Shown here: positions 25,294-39,920 of the stretch, piece after piece
Numbering within the stretch: the first letter of the stretch is position 1
Layout: the number at the start of each line of letters is the position of its first letter
NCBI RefSeq assembly: GCF_006345805.1
Contig: NC_043006.1
Coordinates: forward strand, 99,510,001 to 99,574,000
Direction: 5' to 3'
DNA from: Octopus sinensis
Taxonomy: Eukaryota
DNA: 64,000 nt
Made by a program: the position numbers and the translations under genes
Notes under the pieces: generated by a model
The model's input: only the letters and a program-made list of their open reading frames with translations
Database searches by the model: none
Told to the model about the DNA's origin: nothing

Positions 25294-26345
25294 GTTTACA
25301 AATTCTACATACATGAAAAATTCTGAACAATAGCACAATCCAAAATTTAATGAATATAATTTTTGCATAGCACATCACCATCACAAACCAACCTACAACC
25401 TGGTTATTATACCGAGTTCCATCAACACCACAACACATCTAGTTAACAGAGATTTCATAAATCCGAGATCTAGTCAACTACCACAGTCTGATGATGGGTT
25501 AGCTGGTCAGAACTTCAAAATCTTGTAGAATGCTATACGTTTAAAAAATAATATATTTATACCACACAAAATGTTGATAAAACGTGAGTTTAATGTAAAA
25601 ATTTCGTTTTATCATAATTTGACATGAAACATATTTTTGTGTATGTGTGTGTATCTGACTATTTCTGTATGTGTGTGTCTGTATGTTTGTCTGTCTCACT
25701 GTGTCTGTGTGAGAGTGCGTGTGCGTTTGTGTGTTTCTGCGTATATGCGTTTGCATGCATGTGTGATTTGGTAGTACAAACGGAATAAATATTATTGAAA
25801 TTGCATCACATTAAAATCTGTTAAAATTTCGAAAGAGCAAACTGAATGAAATAGCTTTGAAAGCAAAAGAACATTTATCTTATACTTAGATCATCCTGGA
25901 GACACGTTAAAAATGGAACATGGTCTAGAACAGTTATCGTTGCTGGTTTATGGCAGCGAGGATAACGTCACATAAAAACGGTTATTGCTATATTAAACAG
26001 TCTGGCTCGTGTAATATATAAATACTATTTTTCATCAATAGAAGGCATAAAATGATGTATGGGTTTCCTGCATGGCCTTGTGACAGAATTTTGGACCTTG
26101 ATCTACTTTGTACCTTCTACCGACGACTAAAATATGTATGGATGTGTGTGAGGGTGTTCGTTTTTTGTATGTTACTCAGGGAAATCTCTGTTAACTTGAT
26201 GTGTTGTGGTGTTGATGGAACTCGGTTGAATAACCAGGTTGTAGGTTGGTTTGTAATGGTGATGTGTTATACAAAAATTATATTCATTAAATTTTGGATT
26301 GTGTTATTGTTCAGAATTTTTCATGCATGTAGAGTTTTTGTAAAC
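25294..26345. repeat. inverted repeat pair, ~165-bp arms (25294-25456 and 26181-26345), ~720-bp spacer
   Basis: The ORF track shows the near-identical peptide MCCGVDGTR..NQVVGWFVMVMCY on opposite strands. Weaker similarity extends ~80 bp outward. Confidence 0.85.
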
Positions 26346-29182
26346 AATGTGTCTTTGTTGGTATTTCAGCTTCAGGTTATAATGTTGATGGAGTTTTTTC
26401 TTAAGAGCTCAAAAGAGGATATAGGGAGCCTGAACGGGTTAACTGGTCAGCAGGTGGGTCACAATGTTTATATGCCATTTTGGATGAAACATGTTGTTTA
26501 ATCTCTTATTTTGCTAATGTGCAGACACTTTTCAGAGTTCAGTTTCGCATTTTACCTTTGCAGACAATTGTGGTTAACTTATAGAAATGTGGTGTTTTTA
26601 AGGTTTTAAAGAAGTGTGTAGGTATGTGTTAATTTTTTTGGCCATCAGTTGGAATTACGTCTTACTGAACTGCAAAATGTCTGGGAAATATGTAAGACAA
26701 AATGCTGGTATCAAGGGAACAACTTTTGTTTCCCATTGCGGTTCATCGAATCAATAAATTTGAGGTCGAAAAGTTGTATTCTCATAAACCTGAATAAGTT
26801 TATAACAGACTTGTCGGAAAGAATTCGTAAACATACTTTTAATAATTATCTTTTTGATTTACATGTATAGAAAACTGTAAGAAATTGTCTGCACTAAGAT
26901 GGATTCACAAATTTCCACGAGCGTGAACTATATGAATGTGCAATAAAGATAAGAGAAATACAAATACAACATTTAATATTACGTAACCCAAGACTTAATT
27001 CAAATGTAATTCAGTTGATATAATATTATAGATAGATAATAACAGAACAAAAAAATTCTGTCCCAAACGAAACACAAGTACATAACAAATCCCAAAGCAT
27101 ACGGAGATATGTCATGGCTGCTAATATACGATACAGGGAATTGAAAACCTCCACAGGCATCACTACACATACGCTCACAAACATCCATATATCATTTAGC
27201 TGTAATAATTTAATTGTATTAATCATTAGACTGCAGCCGCTCTGAAGCAGAGCCTTGAAGTCCAAAGAAATCGATACCAGTGCCTGTTATTTTTGCAGAC
27301 CTGGTACTTATGTTACCAGTTGCATTTGTGTACTGCTAACGTTTATAGGCACGTCCTTAGAACTGATATAATATTGCGTATTTGACTAAGAAATGTGTAA
27401 AATGCAAATTCATAATAAAATGCATGAGTGTAATTTCAACATTCTTTTTTATGTATCATCAGATCTGAAGCCAAAACCTTAGCGTATTTTTATATGAGTC
27501 AGTTAAATCTCTTGAAGCAAAAATTAACAATAAAGGCAAAGAATACTAATGTAGCTTAATTTGCTTAAGGTTATGGTAGATCTAAATACCAAGAGATGCG
27601 ATGATTTTGTGAAAATCATAAATTTCAACTTACATGAAACCTAGAGCATTCGGAGAAAACCGATTTCAGATATAGAATTATAATTGAAGCCATACTTAGA
27701 GGCAGTTAAAAAGACTCATGTAATAGAAATGTTATCAAATGGTTTGGACCACTGATTCAGTAGCCAGACATTTTATTTTGATGTCTATGTATGAACAAAG
27801 CAATCCTTTACGCAAACCTTCAGGAACTCACAAATCAACAGGATATTAAACATGCTTACATGTATGAAATCTATCACATTCTGCAAATATATGCATACAT
27901 ACATACATATATACATGCATACATTTATTTCATCTTATTTATTTTATCTAGTTTCAGCTCACGAGCTGTGGCCATGCTGGTGCACCGCCATTCAGATAAA
28001 ATGTTGTCGCATCATATACGGCATCGGCCGACATACATACATACATACATACATATATGTGAGTGTATGTGTATATGCAAGTGTTTGTGTATATGTGTAC
28101 ATATACAGTTGCATACACATATAGATGTATCAATTTATATGTAAATGCATATACGAATATGTATATTTACATGTGTGAGTGTGTGTGTGTGTTTGTGTGT
28201 GTTTGCTGCTGTGTCTGTGTGCCTATGCGTATGTATGTATTCATATATGTATTGATGTATGTATGCATGTTGATGTGTGTCTGTCTATCTGTCTATCCGT
28301 CTGTCTATCTGTATGTATGTATGTATTCATGTATGTATATATGTATTGTGGAATAACATTTTATCGCATCATATACGTGATTACTTATGGTAAAATAAGT
28401 GTAAATGTTTACATCCTAATGAGTTTTCTGTTTCTTTCCTTTAATCAACGATTCGCCATCTGCTATTCATTGAAGCGTAGAATTTGCTTCCGAACATTTC
28501 CTTTGTAGAATCATCGCAAGTGATGAAATATCAGTTCTTTATAATTTCATCCAACGAAATCGACAATGGTTAAAACCGAATGAAAAATGAGAATCCATCC
28601 CAAGATAAGGACTACACAGGAAACGAGTTAAGCTTTTTGTTCTGTGGGATGTGCAAGGTGTCATCTATCATAAAATATTAATCGAAAACGGAAACAGCAA
28701 AAGCGGAGAAGTAGTGTCTCCAATTGGAAGCATTTCAGAAAATCTTTCAGAAAAAGCATCCATCGCCGGTTACTCGTTGAGCAGTGTTGCTATTAAACCC
28801 TACTACAGAGCTACATATTCCGCAATTCACACAAAAATAGATAAGGACACTAAATATTTAAGTTTTGCTTCATTATCCCTGCTTTCCTGGTACTCGTCTG
28901 ACTCTCATTATTTCAGATCATTGCAATATTATTTAGAGGAAGAAAGAATATATTTATATTGTATGTGTAAAGAATATTATTTGATTTTAAAAATGATATT
29001 AGATTTAATTGCTACGAAAAGTAAAGTATTATATGCCCGTGGGATCAACAAACTTCCAAATGGAGTTAATTATGTCATTAATAATAAATGAAATTTTATC
29101 TTTATTAAATAGATCAATTAAGTCCAAGGAATAATTTGTTTCCTTCACCTTTTTAAACACAAATGCACACACACACACGCAC

Positions 29183-29220
<38 letters not shown>

Positions 29221-30134
29221 CTAAACGCACACATATTAACACACACAAACACATTATAGGATATATGAATATTCGGTCGTTGATACATTTCACCAATTAC
29301 CCTTTACATCTTATTGATTGACAGGGAAAAAGAGAGAGACAAATAGAGAGGGGGAAAGAGAGTAACATAGGAAGAAAGAAAGAGAGAGAGAATGCCAGAG
29401 AGATAGGAGAGATATAGTTGGATCTAACATATGCAATGCAGGACGCTTGTGGAGAAAGATACATAGGGGAAGATAAGGGGCAAGACGAGGAGGAAAGGGA
29501 CAATCGAGAATTTTTTTTATTAAATTTTACTCTAAGGTAATGAATATTTTCTTGAAAACTAATATTCATTTCAATTTCCTGCTGAATCACCAATACATTT
29601 GATAAGTGTTATATGATGATTATTTCATGCATCACGTATTCCTTTGTATTGCCCATCATGGCGAAAGTACGCTTCCATTATTACCTGCCTTGACGTGTAA
29701 CTCTCTAGTGTTTATATAAAATATGTAAGTCTGCGTATGTGTGTGAATGTGTGTTTGGCGGGTTGTATCTCCCACTTCGTATTCTTTCCTATTCCTAGCG
29801 TCATTTGCATTTTCTTCTCTTTATAAAACATATACATCATTTGTTAATCCGCCAGACATAAAATGTCTAGACTTTGAGTATGTATTAACGGTCTTAAACT
29901 TATCTTATTATGTATAGCATGTAAATGTGGATTTGGTTTCGATATTTCTTTGCTCAAGTGAAACATTTACCATTAATAATATCACGATGTTTTAGATAAT
30001 TCCTCAGATTTAAAAATGGTTTGCACATATAAATACATATGTAGATAAGTATGTTTTCGTGCATATATACAAGAGTATGTATGATTATATGTGTGTGTCT
30101 ATGTTTCTATGTGTGTATGAGTGAGTTAATCAGG

Positions 30135-30135
<1 letters not shown>

Positions 30136-30177
<42 letters not shown>

Positions 30178-30255
30178 CATAGAGAGAGGGAAAACTAGTA
30201 GAAAGAGACAGGTAGATAGATGTCAGTGCACTTATGTATGTAGTATGTGTAACTG

Positions 30256-30287
<32 letters not shown>

Positions 30288-30326
30288 CACATACACATAA
30301 GTGCACCATTGTAACAAGTGTAATAT

Positions 30327-30420
<94 letters not shown>

Positions 30421-30422
30421 GT
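30136..30422. repeat. (TA)n-rich microsatellite cluster
   Basis: direct reading. Confidence 0.9.
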
Positions 30423-31378
30423 ATGCATGTATAATGCATATCTAGATATGTACATATAAATATCTCTATATGCTTTTTTTACATACTTACCTTTACATGT
30501 GTATAAATGTGTATGTGTGTGAGTCCGTGTGTTTATGTGTGTGGACATGTGTAATATGTATATGTGTCTGTGTTTCAATGGTTAATCCAGAGCAGTTAAA
30601 AAAACAGTAGTTAAAACAAGATGACAGAATGTTTTCCTGTATTGGTGAAGCTTATCAGCTCACCATGTCACAATCTTATATTTTCTGCAAGCCTTTCATT
30701 CTTACAGTTGCATATGTGTATTTTACGTTATAAATTCGATATACATCTGAATTATTAAATAACATTGATATACCTCGAAGTCTATCTCATTCCAAGTAAA
30801 ATCTCTAAGCGTGTTATTGTGATTATACGTGACATAGGTATGCCATCAACGGATTAGGCTTCCCTTGCTTTCAGAAAAATGCATTTCTACGAATTATTTT
30901 TTGTTACCCATGTTTATTTATATATTTTCCGTGTAAAGTTCTAACGATTTATGAGAAGTATCAACGTTTATGAGAATAATTTTATAAACACACTCACATG
31001 GATGCATTATTTCAACATCACTTGGTATGCGAATGAAATATGAGGAAAAATGCATCTCTAAATGGTGCTTTCTGAATTTATTATACATATTTCCTCTTAC
31101 GACCATATAGAACATGTTCATATGCCCGTGTGCGTACGCTATCGTATCTTTAGAGGATGGATTCGCTTTCAAACTGGAGTTGATTTTATTATATCATTCT
31201 AGTTTAGTTGTGCAACAAAAATTAAGGTTTCAATAAGTACCGGATTTAGTATTAGGGTTACTTTGATCGAGTAAATATTCCGATAGTCTTTACATGCATC
31301 GGTGTTGACTATGAATCGATTGACTGAAAATCTTATACATACACAATATGAAATTGCAATATCTACGCTTGTAAAAGG

Positions 31379-31436
<58 letters not shown>

Positions 31437-31525
31437 ATATATACATAAATACACACAGGGATATATATATATATATAACAATGATAAATCTCAGAGCGAG
31501 TTATAAACAGTAGCAGCAACACGTC

Positions 31526-31737
31526 GTGACGTATATTTGCCATTTGAATATGGCTAACCCCTAAGGCTGAATGCTACTGTAGTTCGTAGCCCCAGGAGGA
31601 CACCTCCTTCGCAGATACTGATAGGGCACAGAAAGTGTGTCTATAGCCAGCTGGAGGATGTGTCCTCCTGGGGCTACAAGCTACAGTAGCATCCACCCTT
31701 AGGGGTTAGCCATATTCAAATGGCAAATATACGTCAC
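31526..31737. mobile_element. 212-bp MITE with ~80-bp terminal inverted repeats
   Basis: gtgacgtatatttgccatttgaatatggctaacccctaagg...ccccaggaggacac is mirrored at the right end. Confidence 0.85.
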
Positions 31738-31745
31738 TATATATA

Positions 31746-31784
<39 letters not shown>

Positions 31785-31860
31785 GTGTGTGTGTGTGTGG
31801 TGTGTGTGTGTGTGTGTGTAAAGCTATTATCGGGATTCACGATTTCATTCAAACACAATA

Positions 31861-31946
<86 letters not shown>

Positions 31947-31990
31947 GTGTGTGTGTGTGTGTGTGTTGTGTGTGTGTGTGTATATATACA
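31738..31990. repeat. (TA)n/(TG)n microsatellites
   Basis: direct reading. Confidence 0.9.
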
Positions 31991-33446
31991 TACATAATTC
32001 TTGTAATATTTTACCTGTTTCAGTCATTTGGCTGCGGCCAATCTCGATCACTACCTTAAGGGATGTTTTCATACTTGAGTGTATGCATGTCTATAACAAA
32101 CAACACCATGCTCTCATACACACATATTATTATTGAAACATATGTTCATTATATGAAAGCGCCCAAAAACTACTTCACACCTTCTGCATATAATATTGCA
32201 ATCATTTTAAACTGAAGGAGGGGGATTATTTACTCGCAGGAAGTGTTGGAGCTAACACACTTAGTATGAATTTGACATGATTGTTGACAAATGTCATTTG
32301 ATAAAACAGTATGTATTATCATATCACGCTCATTTATATATCATTTATATATCATTTATATAATATTTATATTTCCATACGTATATAAATCGTTCATTTT
32401 ATTAAAATCATTTTTGAGGATTAATCTCTTTACGAATGGAAATGCACATATCTATATTTATTGTTTGTTTTAGTAAGTATAGAAAAAATTGGTGAGGATA
32501 TTATATATTCTCATAAAATTATCTTAAATAGTACATACAGCAATTTCTATGAATTCCACACAAACATAATCCTTACATACGTTCTTGCTATTCTTCGTTA
32601 TATGATTTTTCCTTTCACCTGTATCTCGACTCTTATCTTTTCTATAGACCAAAGCATGCGGCACATGCAGCAGTAGAGTGGAATCCACTGGAATATATGT
32701 GTAAAGCTTTTATTGATATTCACGATTTCATTCAAACGCAATCTATATTCATCGCCTCGTATGTATTGTTAAACGTGTGCTTCTGCTCGGGCTTATATAT
32801 ACATATATACATTAGATGGCATTTTCAAACATGGATTATATCCACCTCTTTCATTCCAACTTTCCATTCTCTTTTTCGCTCACGCTGCCTCCGTTTCTCT
32901 CCCTCTCTCTCTCTCCCTGCCTCCCTCTTCCTCTCTATTTTTGTCTCTTTCATATTAAATGAGGTCGTATATGCATCTTAGATAAAATATACTTCTATGT
33001 TTAGTGCAATATTTCGCGAAGATTGTATTTGTAAAGTTCTCGAAAATATACACTGTAAAATTCGAAACAATAAATATTATCATTAGAACAACAAAAGCAA
33101 CAAGAAGAAAAAAACAGGAATAACTTAAACAACAGCAACAAAAGAAGCAGGTGATAATATCCAAGCACAGGTAAAACGACAACATAGGGAAATATAGCAG
33201 GATAAATGATTACAGTAAACAGGAACAATTTCCAGCAGAGAGCAGAAATATGAATACATATTATTACAAGATATCCTATGATTCTTAGCTCAATGGGTGG
33301 TACCCATGTTGAAGAAGAATCAATTAAGGGAAAAAGAACGCAATAAACTATGCAGGTATACTTGAAGTAATAAATATAAACGAAATCACTATTGAAATTA
33401 TAAAAAGGAAATAAGTAAGACAGAACCAATAAAATAATGATACACC

Positions 33447-33834
33447 TAGAGAAGCACTGCGTCGGTTACGACGACGAGGGTTCCGGTTGATCCGAATCAA
33501 CGGAACAGCCTGCTCGTGAAATTAACGTGTAAGTGGTTGAACACTCCACAGACACGTGTACCCTTAACGTAGTTCTCGGGGATATTCAGCGTGACACAGT
33601 GAGTGACAAGGCCGGCCCCTTGAAATACAGGTACAACAGAAACAGGAAGTAAGAGTGAGAGAAAGTTGTGGTGAAAGAGTACAGCAGAGATCACCACCAT
33701 CCCCTGCCGAAGCCTCGTGGAGCTTTTAGGTGTTTTCGCTCAATAAACATTCACAACGCCCGGTCTGGGAATCGAAACCGTGATCCTCCGACCGCGAGTC
33801 CGCTGCCCTAACCACTGGGCCATTGCGCCTCCAC
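33447..33834 (-). mobile_element. tRNA-derived SINE (head H1 plus tail B), 11-bp TSD
   Basis: aatgatacacc at 33436-33446 and 33835-33845; A and B boxes present. Confidence 0.92.
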
Positions 33835-34126
33835 AATGATACACCATAGCAGTGGTAAGAAAGGCTGAAGGCTGACAATAACATTATTGAATAAAGGAAA
33901 GGACTAACACAATACGTATATATTTTTGTGAGGTACGTGGATTTTTGGCGAATATTTCATTTGCAATGCTATGTACAGAACACTGCGGATTCCCATTTGT
34001 TAGCTATATATTCTCTCTAGAAATATTACTGAAACTCCAAAACTAATCCTCCATAAATTTCAGTGAACCAAGACAAAACTCAAATTTGATGTGTGCTTTC
34101 CTTCTACTGGGATATTGGAATTAATT

Positions 34127-34502
34127 ATTGTTGTATTTATGAATGGTCATTTATCCAGTTTAGCCAATAAAAACACACGCACTATATATTTGGTGCTACT
34201 TTGCTTTAGTGTAATTTATTTATTTTTGACTTTAAGCTTAATCTTATTTCGGCCAGAGTTCTTTTGTCACACTACTGTGACCGCATCAGTGGTCTTTTGT
34301 TTTCTTCTTTCTTATTTGTGTGTCTCTCCTTATTAACCGTCCGACATTTTGTATTTCTATTGTATGTGTCTTCCTTTGCGCATGCGTATAACTCTATGTG
34401 CGTCTATGTTTAGTTAGTGTGTGTTGGGGATGCCTGTAATATTTGTATCTTCTGTCTATATACGTTCGTGTTTATTTTTATTTTGTTCATGTTTACATCC
34501 AC

Positions 34503-34590
<88 letters not shown>

Positions 34591-34647
34591 CATTATTTTT
34601 ATTATTACGTATGCTTGTATGTATGTATAACAGCAATACTAGTAATG

Positions 34648-34725
<78 letters not shown>

Positions 34726-34841
34726 TTAGATTAAGTTCAATGTCAAAAATAAATAACACTGGAGCAAAGTATCACCAAATATATAGTGCGTGTGTTTTTA
34801 TTGGCTAAACTGGAAAAATGACCATTCCGAAATACAACAAT
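34127..34841. repeat. foldback structure: ~120-bp inverted arms enclosing opposed (ATT)n and (AAT)n tracts
   Basis: 34127-34249 is approximately the reverse complement of 34723-34841. (ATT)n spans 34503-34607 and (AAT)n spans 34645-34722. Confidence 0.85.
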
Positions 34842-35735
34842 ATCTATTTCAACACACGATTTCACATCAAAAATCTTGCACAGAAATATATAAACGAACT
34901 TTGAATTAATTGTTAACCATCTTTCCAGCACATGCGCAAGTGCAATCTTCACTGGAAATTGAGACTGAATCACGAACAGTAAGGGCAACATGGCCGTCAT
35001 TATTTCCCTATGGTTCCTAAAGAGAGAAGATATAACATAGACTTTGTTGCTTAACAAACAAATCTCAGAGTTAATTCGCTTCGACCTTGTGAATTCCATC
35101 TCTCTTTACAATATAATACATCGAGGAACGCATTATCGTCGATGAATATACACGGTCCTCTTTGCCAAAGTGTGTATGATGTGAGTGAATAAAATATCAC
35201 TGCTACCACTCTCATGGAAGCTAAAGCAACGTAAAATATATAAATGAATTATAAAGATATTCGAAGGGAAGAGCATAGGAAATAAGCAAAAGATGCTTTC
35301 GAAGGGCATAAATATTATGGAGCAAATTGCGGCTTCAGACTTTCATGCATGCCTTTCTTTAATAAGCCGTTCCTATTTTGGTTATTTACTAGCTCCAGGC
35401 TATTTCACATCCACCTTACGCGTCAATAACATAAAATTGAACTTGCCTAGACAAATACGACAGAGTGAGCTGGCATAGATAACATCAGAAGCGGCCTTGA
35501 AATGACAAAATACTAAATATATGCAAGCTATGCAAAAGGAGAAATGGCGTATATTCAAAGCAATATTTTAAAGAATAAATTCAAGAATATGAAGGCTTAT
35601 AAATGAAGAACGTGCATGTAGCTTCTAGCTTCTGACAAATTAGATATCCAACAGTTGCATCTCTCCTATTTAATGTAAGAGATATGCATGTAATAGTTCC
35701 TTACATATATGCGGCGTCCATATCAATACCTCTGT

Positions 35736-35800
<65 letters not shown>

Positions 35801-35822
35801 CACACACACACAAACACATATA

Positions 35823-36600
35823 TACAGGATGCGGTGAATATACTGTTGTTTAAATTTCGCAAAAAGGAAAATAACACTGGCATCTCATGTTAAAAGTTAT
35901 ATTTACCAAATTTACCTAAAATTACGTTAAAATACTAAAGAGCAAATTTATTCAATAAAATCGCCATTAGATTCAACAACGGTCTCCCGACAACTTCGGA
36001 ATATCCTGCAACTCTTCTAGATGGTCTCTTTCTTGAATGCTGCCTAGACATTGCCTTCGGTGCATCTTTGGTGTTACAAAGAGTGTGATGCGCCCCACAC
36101 ATAATGATCTAGAGGGTTGCGGTCTGGGGAGTAATGTGGCCAGATGTTAGGGGTGATGTGGTCGCAGAAATTGTCTGACAGCCATGACTGGGTTTTCCTG
36201 CTTGTGTCGCATGGTGCAGAGTACTGTTGCCAGACATAGGGTCTTCCAGCAGCAATCCCTCTTGACCCAGGGCAGCATTACCTCCTCCATTCACTTGATG
36301 TGGGCCTCTGTGCTTGAGTCTGAGGTCGCGTGAGAAGATGAATAGAGGCCATTGCTATCACTGGTGATCACTCCAAACACAACGATATTGACTTGATGAT
36401 TGCTTTTTATCACTCGCGCTATTTGTTTTGAGCCACGGTAAACCAACGGTTGTTTTGTGTGTTCACCATATGTCGTATTGGTATTTCTAGCGCGAATGCC
36501 AAGCAGTACAGCATGTCGTTTCCCAATTTCTGGCAGAGTGTAGTGCGTCATGATGTTGTTTTTTTCTCAAGGCGGTGCCCAACTGATGCTACTATACTGT
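35823..36600 (-). mobile_element. Tc1/mariner remnant, DD37D (maT-type) transposase fragments
   Basis: Translates VNIVVFGVITSD...QQ(Y)SAPCDTSRKTQSWLSDNFCDHITPNIWPHYSPDRNPLDHYVWG. There are 37 residues between the second catalytic position (mutated to Y) and the final D. Confidence 0.8.
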
Positions 36601-36615
36601 ATAGTCAACAAAACG

Positions 36616-36790
36616 TGTGTGTGTGTGTGTGAACGGCTGGATGTATGTATGGATAGATTGATGTGTTGATGGATAGATGGATGGATGGATGGATGGATGG
36701 ATGGATGGATGGATGGATGGATAGATGGTTAGACGGACGGATCGTTTGACGGACGGATAGACGGATGGAGGAAGTAGATGGAGAGATAGA
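36616..36790. repeat. (TG)n/(GGAT)n microsatellite
   Basis: direct reading. Confidence 0.9.
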
Positions 36791-37123
36791 TGAATAGATA
36801 TACTTATTTTTCTGTTGAAATTTTCTCCGGTGATCGTGTTTACCAGCTGAGTGTATCTCTTTAGAAATTGCACCATTTCGATTGTGTAAATTTTGTGGAT
36901 AGTTAATATTGAAAACTGGAACACCGAATGGGTTCTTGGTATTTACGCTCGTGTTTGTAATGTCACAGGCTCGTAAACATGAAAGTGTGCAGTATTTTCT
37001 TTTGGTTGTATTTGATTTTTTTCTTTCATTTGAATGCGATACCTTGTTAAATTGTTTGCTATGTTTTGAATGTGTTGCGGAAAATATGTGACATACATTA
37101 TGCATTATTTTGACGGATTTATA

Positions 37124-37491
37124 GGCGTAGGAGTGGCTGTGTGGTAAGTAGCTTGCTTACGAACAAAAATAGTTCCGGGTTCAGTCCCACTGCGTGGCAC
37201 CTTGGGCAAGTGTCTTCTACTATAGCCTCGGGGCAACCAAAGCCTTGTGAGTGGATTTGATAGACGGAAACTGAAAGAAGCCCGTCGTATATATGTATAT
37301 ATATGTGTATGTTTGTGTGTTGTGTCCCCCCCCCAACATCGCTTGACAACCAATGTGGTTCGGCAAAAGAGACCGATAGAATAAGTACTAGGCTTACAAA
37401 GAATATGTCCTGGGGTCGATTTCCTCGACTAAAGGCGGTGCTCCAGCATGGCCACAGTCAAATGACTGAAACAAGTAAATGAGTAAATGAG
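37124..37491 (+). mobile_element. tRNA-derived SINE (family S3) with internal TA/TG tract
   Basis: ggcgtaggagtggctgtgtggtaag...gggttcagtccc; matches 47971-48378 and 63855-64000. Confidence 0.9.
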
Positions 37492-37611
37492 ATGGTGTTA
37501 ACGTGCTTTTGATGTGTGTAGAATTTAAAGTGATTTAGTGATCATTATTCATTTTTCGCAACGTGTGTCGTGCGGTTTGTTTTGGTATTGTTATGTAATT
37601 GAGTGGTAGTA

Positions 37612-37770
37612 GGGCGGTGAGCGAGCAGAATCGTTAGCACGCACGGCAAAATGCTTAGAAGCATTTCATCCGCCTTTGTTCTCTGAGTTCAAAGTCTGCT
37701 GAGGTCGACTTTAGTTTTCCTCATATTCGCGATCGAAAAAATAAGTACCAGTTGAGCACTGCGGTTGATG
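37612..37770 (+). mobile_element. degenerate S2 SINE
   Basis: ggcggtgagcgagcagaatcgttagc...ctgagttcaaa...aagtaccagttgagcact. Confidence 0.75.
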
Positions 37771-38174
37771 GTATTTGGAACCAGTATTATTAGTGGGTAA
37801 TTATTGTGTGACTGATTGGCCTGATTCTTCAGGCACAGCAATCGCTAGCATACAGGGATTCTTACATCTGCCTGGGACGTTTTCAATAAAATTCATGACT
37901 TCTTTTGCTCCATCTCTCCTAAACGTGATGCGTTCAAAAAGTATCTAACTATATTTTGTCCTGCCAATAACGCTATGGGGTAATTTTCTTTAGGTGGTAA
38001 TTGTTGCCACCTTCTCTGCACAATAGGAGTAGATAACTACAAAGTGAATAAATATATATGTCCATACTATCAGAAAATTTACATGATGCTTTTTCCTGTT
38101 CTGATTCAGTATATAATTTTTGTAGTCGATGAAGGTAACATTTTAATATTGTGCAACAATCAAATATCTTTTGA

Positions 38175-38489
38175 GTCTGGGGAGTAATGTGGCCAGATGT
38201 TAGGGGTGATGTGGTCGCAGAAATTGTCTGACAGCCATGGCTGGGTTTTCCTGCTTGTGTCGCATGGTGCAGAGTACTGTTGCCAGACATATGGATTCCA
38301 GCAGCCATCCCTCTTGACCCAGTGCAGCATTACCTCTCCATGCACTGATGTGGGCCTCTGTGTTTGAGTCTGAGGTCGCGTGAGAAGATGAATAGAGACA
38401 TAGCATCGCTATCACTAGTGATCACTCCAAACACCATGATATTGACTTGATGATTGATTTTTATCACTCGCGCTATTTGTTTTGAGCCA
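38175..38489 (-). mobile_element. second copy of the mariner fragment 36122-36435
   Basis: Direct repeat that shares the same lesions (QQY, CDT, WPHY). Confidence 0.85.
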
Positions 38490-39847
38490 AGTTTTGACTC
38501 AACAACTACTTCGTAAGGACTAAATGTACCTTCTTTACTCAATTTCACTTTCTTACACCATATAAAATATCGTTACACCATATGAAATTGATAGTCATAT
38601 TTTCTTTCTCTCAGTTTGGAAGAAAAATCTGTAGTCTCCATTTTTACCGGTCTTTGGGTCATTTTTCAAAACAATTTCTCTTATTGCCCAATTATTCTTC
38701 GAAAATCGTGTTACGTAACTGTTATGTATTAGGTTTTAATCATCATATTATCATTATTACTATTAAATATTAGGTTTAACTATTTTAGCGTTTTTATTAA
38801 TGTGGTTATTTTAGCAACTCATATCTTAAGAGACTTATTTAAAATCATAACATACTTGATGGGGAATGTGTATAAAAGTGATCAAAATCAACAAAGTATT
38901 GAAAATTAATAGAAATACTGAAGAGTATATGATCAAGCGAACGAAATGGAAAAATGTGGAAAATTTACCTATATTTATACACAGGTCTTTAAGCTTGGTG
39001 AAGTTTTAGTCACCTTACTATCTTCATATCATTTGACCAATTCTCATAAGTTGCGATGCAAAACATGAGTCATTTGTATATTATTATATTTAGCCAGCTC
39101 ACTCACATCTTTTTATATGAGTATCACATCACTTTCATTTTCTTTCATCATCTAGGACATGCGTGCACAACTTTCTTGCTGGAAACAGAATTCCCTTGCA
39201 TATTAGAAGTATGATTGACTTATCTTCCGATATACTTTAATGAGTTCAAAACTGCTCACATGTCTCGTATGGTACACACAAATTCATCAAACAAAACCAG
39301 CACACAGTATTCCGTCTTGATATTATGTTAAGATCTTGTTAAGAAACGTTGATCTTAGTCTACATCTATGAATATAATTCAGTTTCATTTCTGATCAATC
39401 GACCAAAGCACGACTCTATTGTTTGTAACAATCCCATACATTTGAAAGTTTTAGGAAATGTTTGAAGTTCCAAAACTGCGAGCATTTCCTGCATTTTGTT
39501 CTGTTTAAATTTCTCTGGTTTTAACGTGAGGCCTTTCTTTATGCAACGTCATTATCAATGTTTTTGTAGTTTGTTTTGTATGTTTTATAAAAGTGCAGTT
39601 GTAACGTTTCTGCTAACTATTCCTGAGCTTCTTTGTATATAGAGAGCACTATTCTTTTGTAATTATCATTCGGTAGTTGGATGCTTTCCTTTGTTTTCCG
39701 TTATGGGTCGCATCAAGTTGCACTGGTTTTACGTAAAAGTTTAGGGAAAAGATTTCTTCCTCAATTCACCTAGGAATGTGTATGGCTGTGTGCTGGTTTT
39801 CGCGTAATAGAATTTAATTCTTTGGAACTATTTGCCATATATATACG

Positions 39848-39907
<60 letters not shown>

Positions 39908-39920
39908 TTAAAAAAAAAAA

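Noticed and set aside
28651-29091. 146-aa ORF in non-repetitive-looking DNA
   Set aside because: GTG start, no recognisable domain and no splice evidence.
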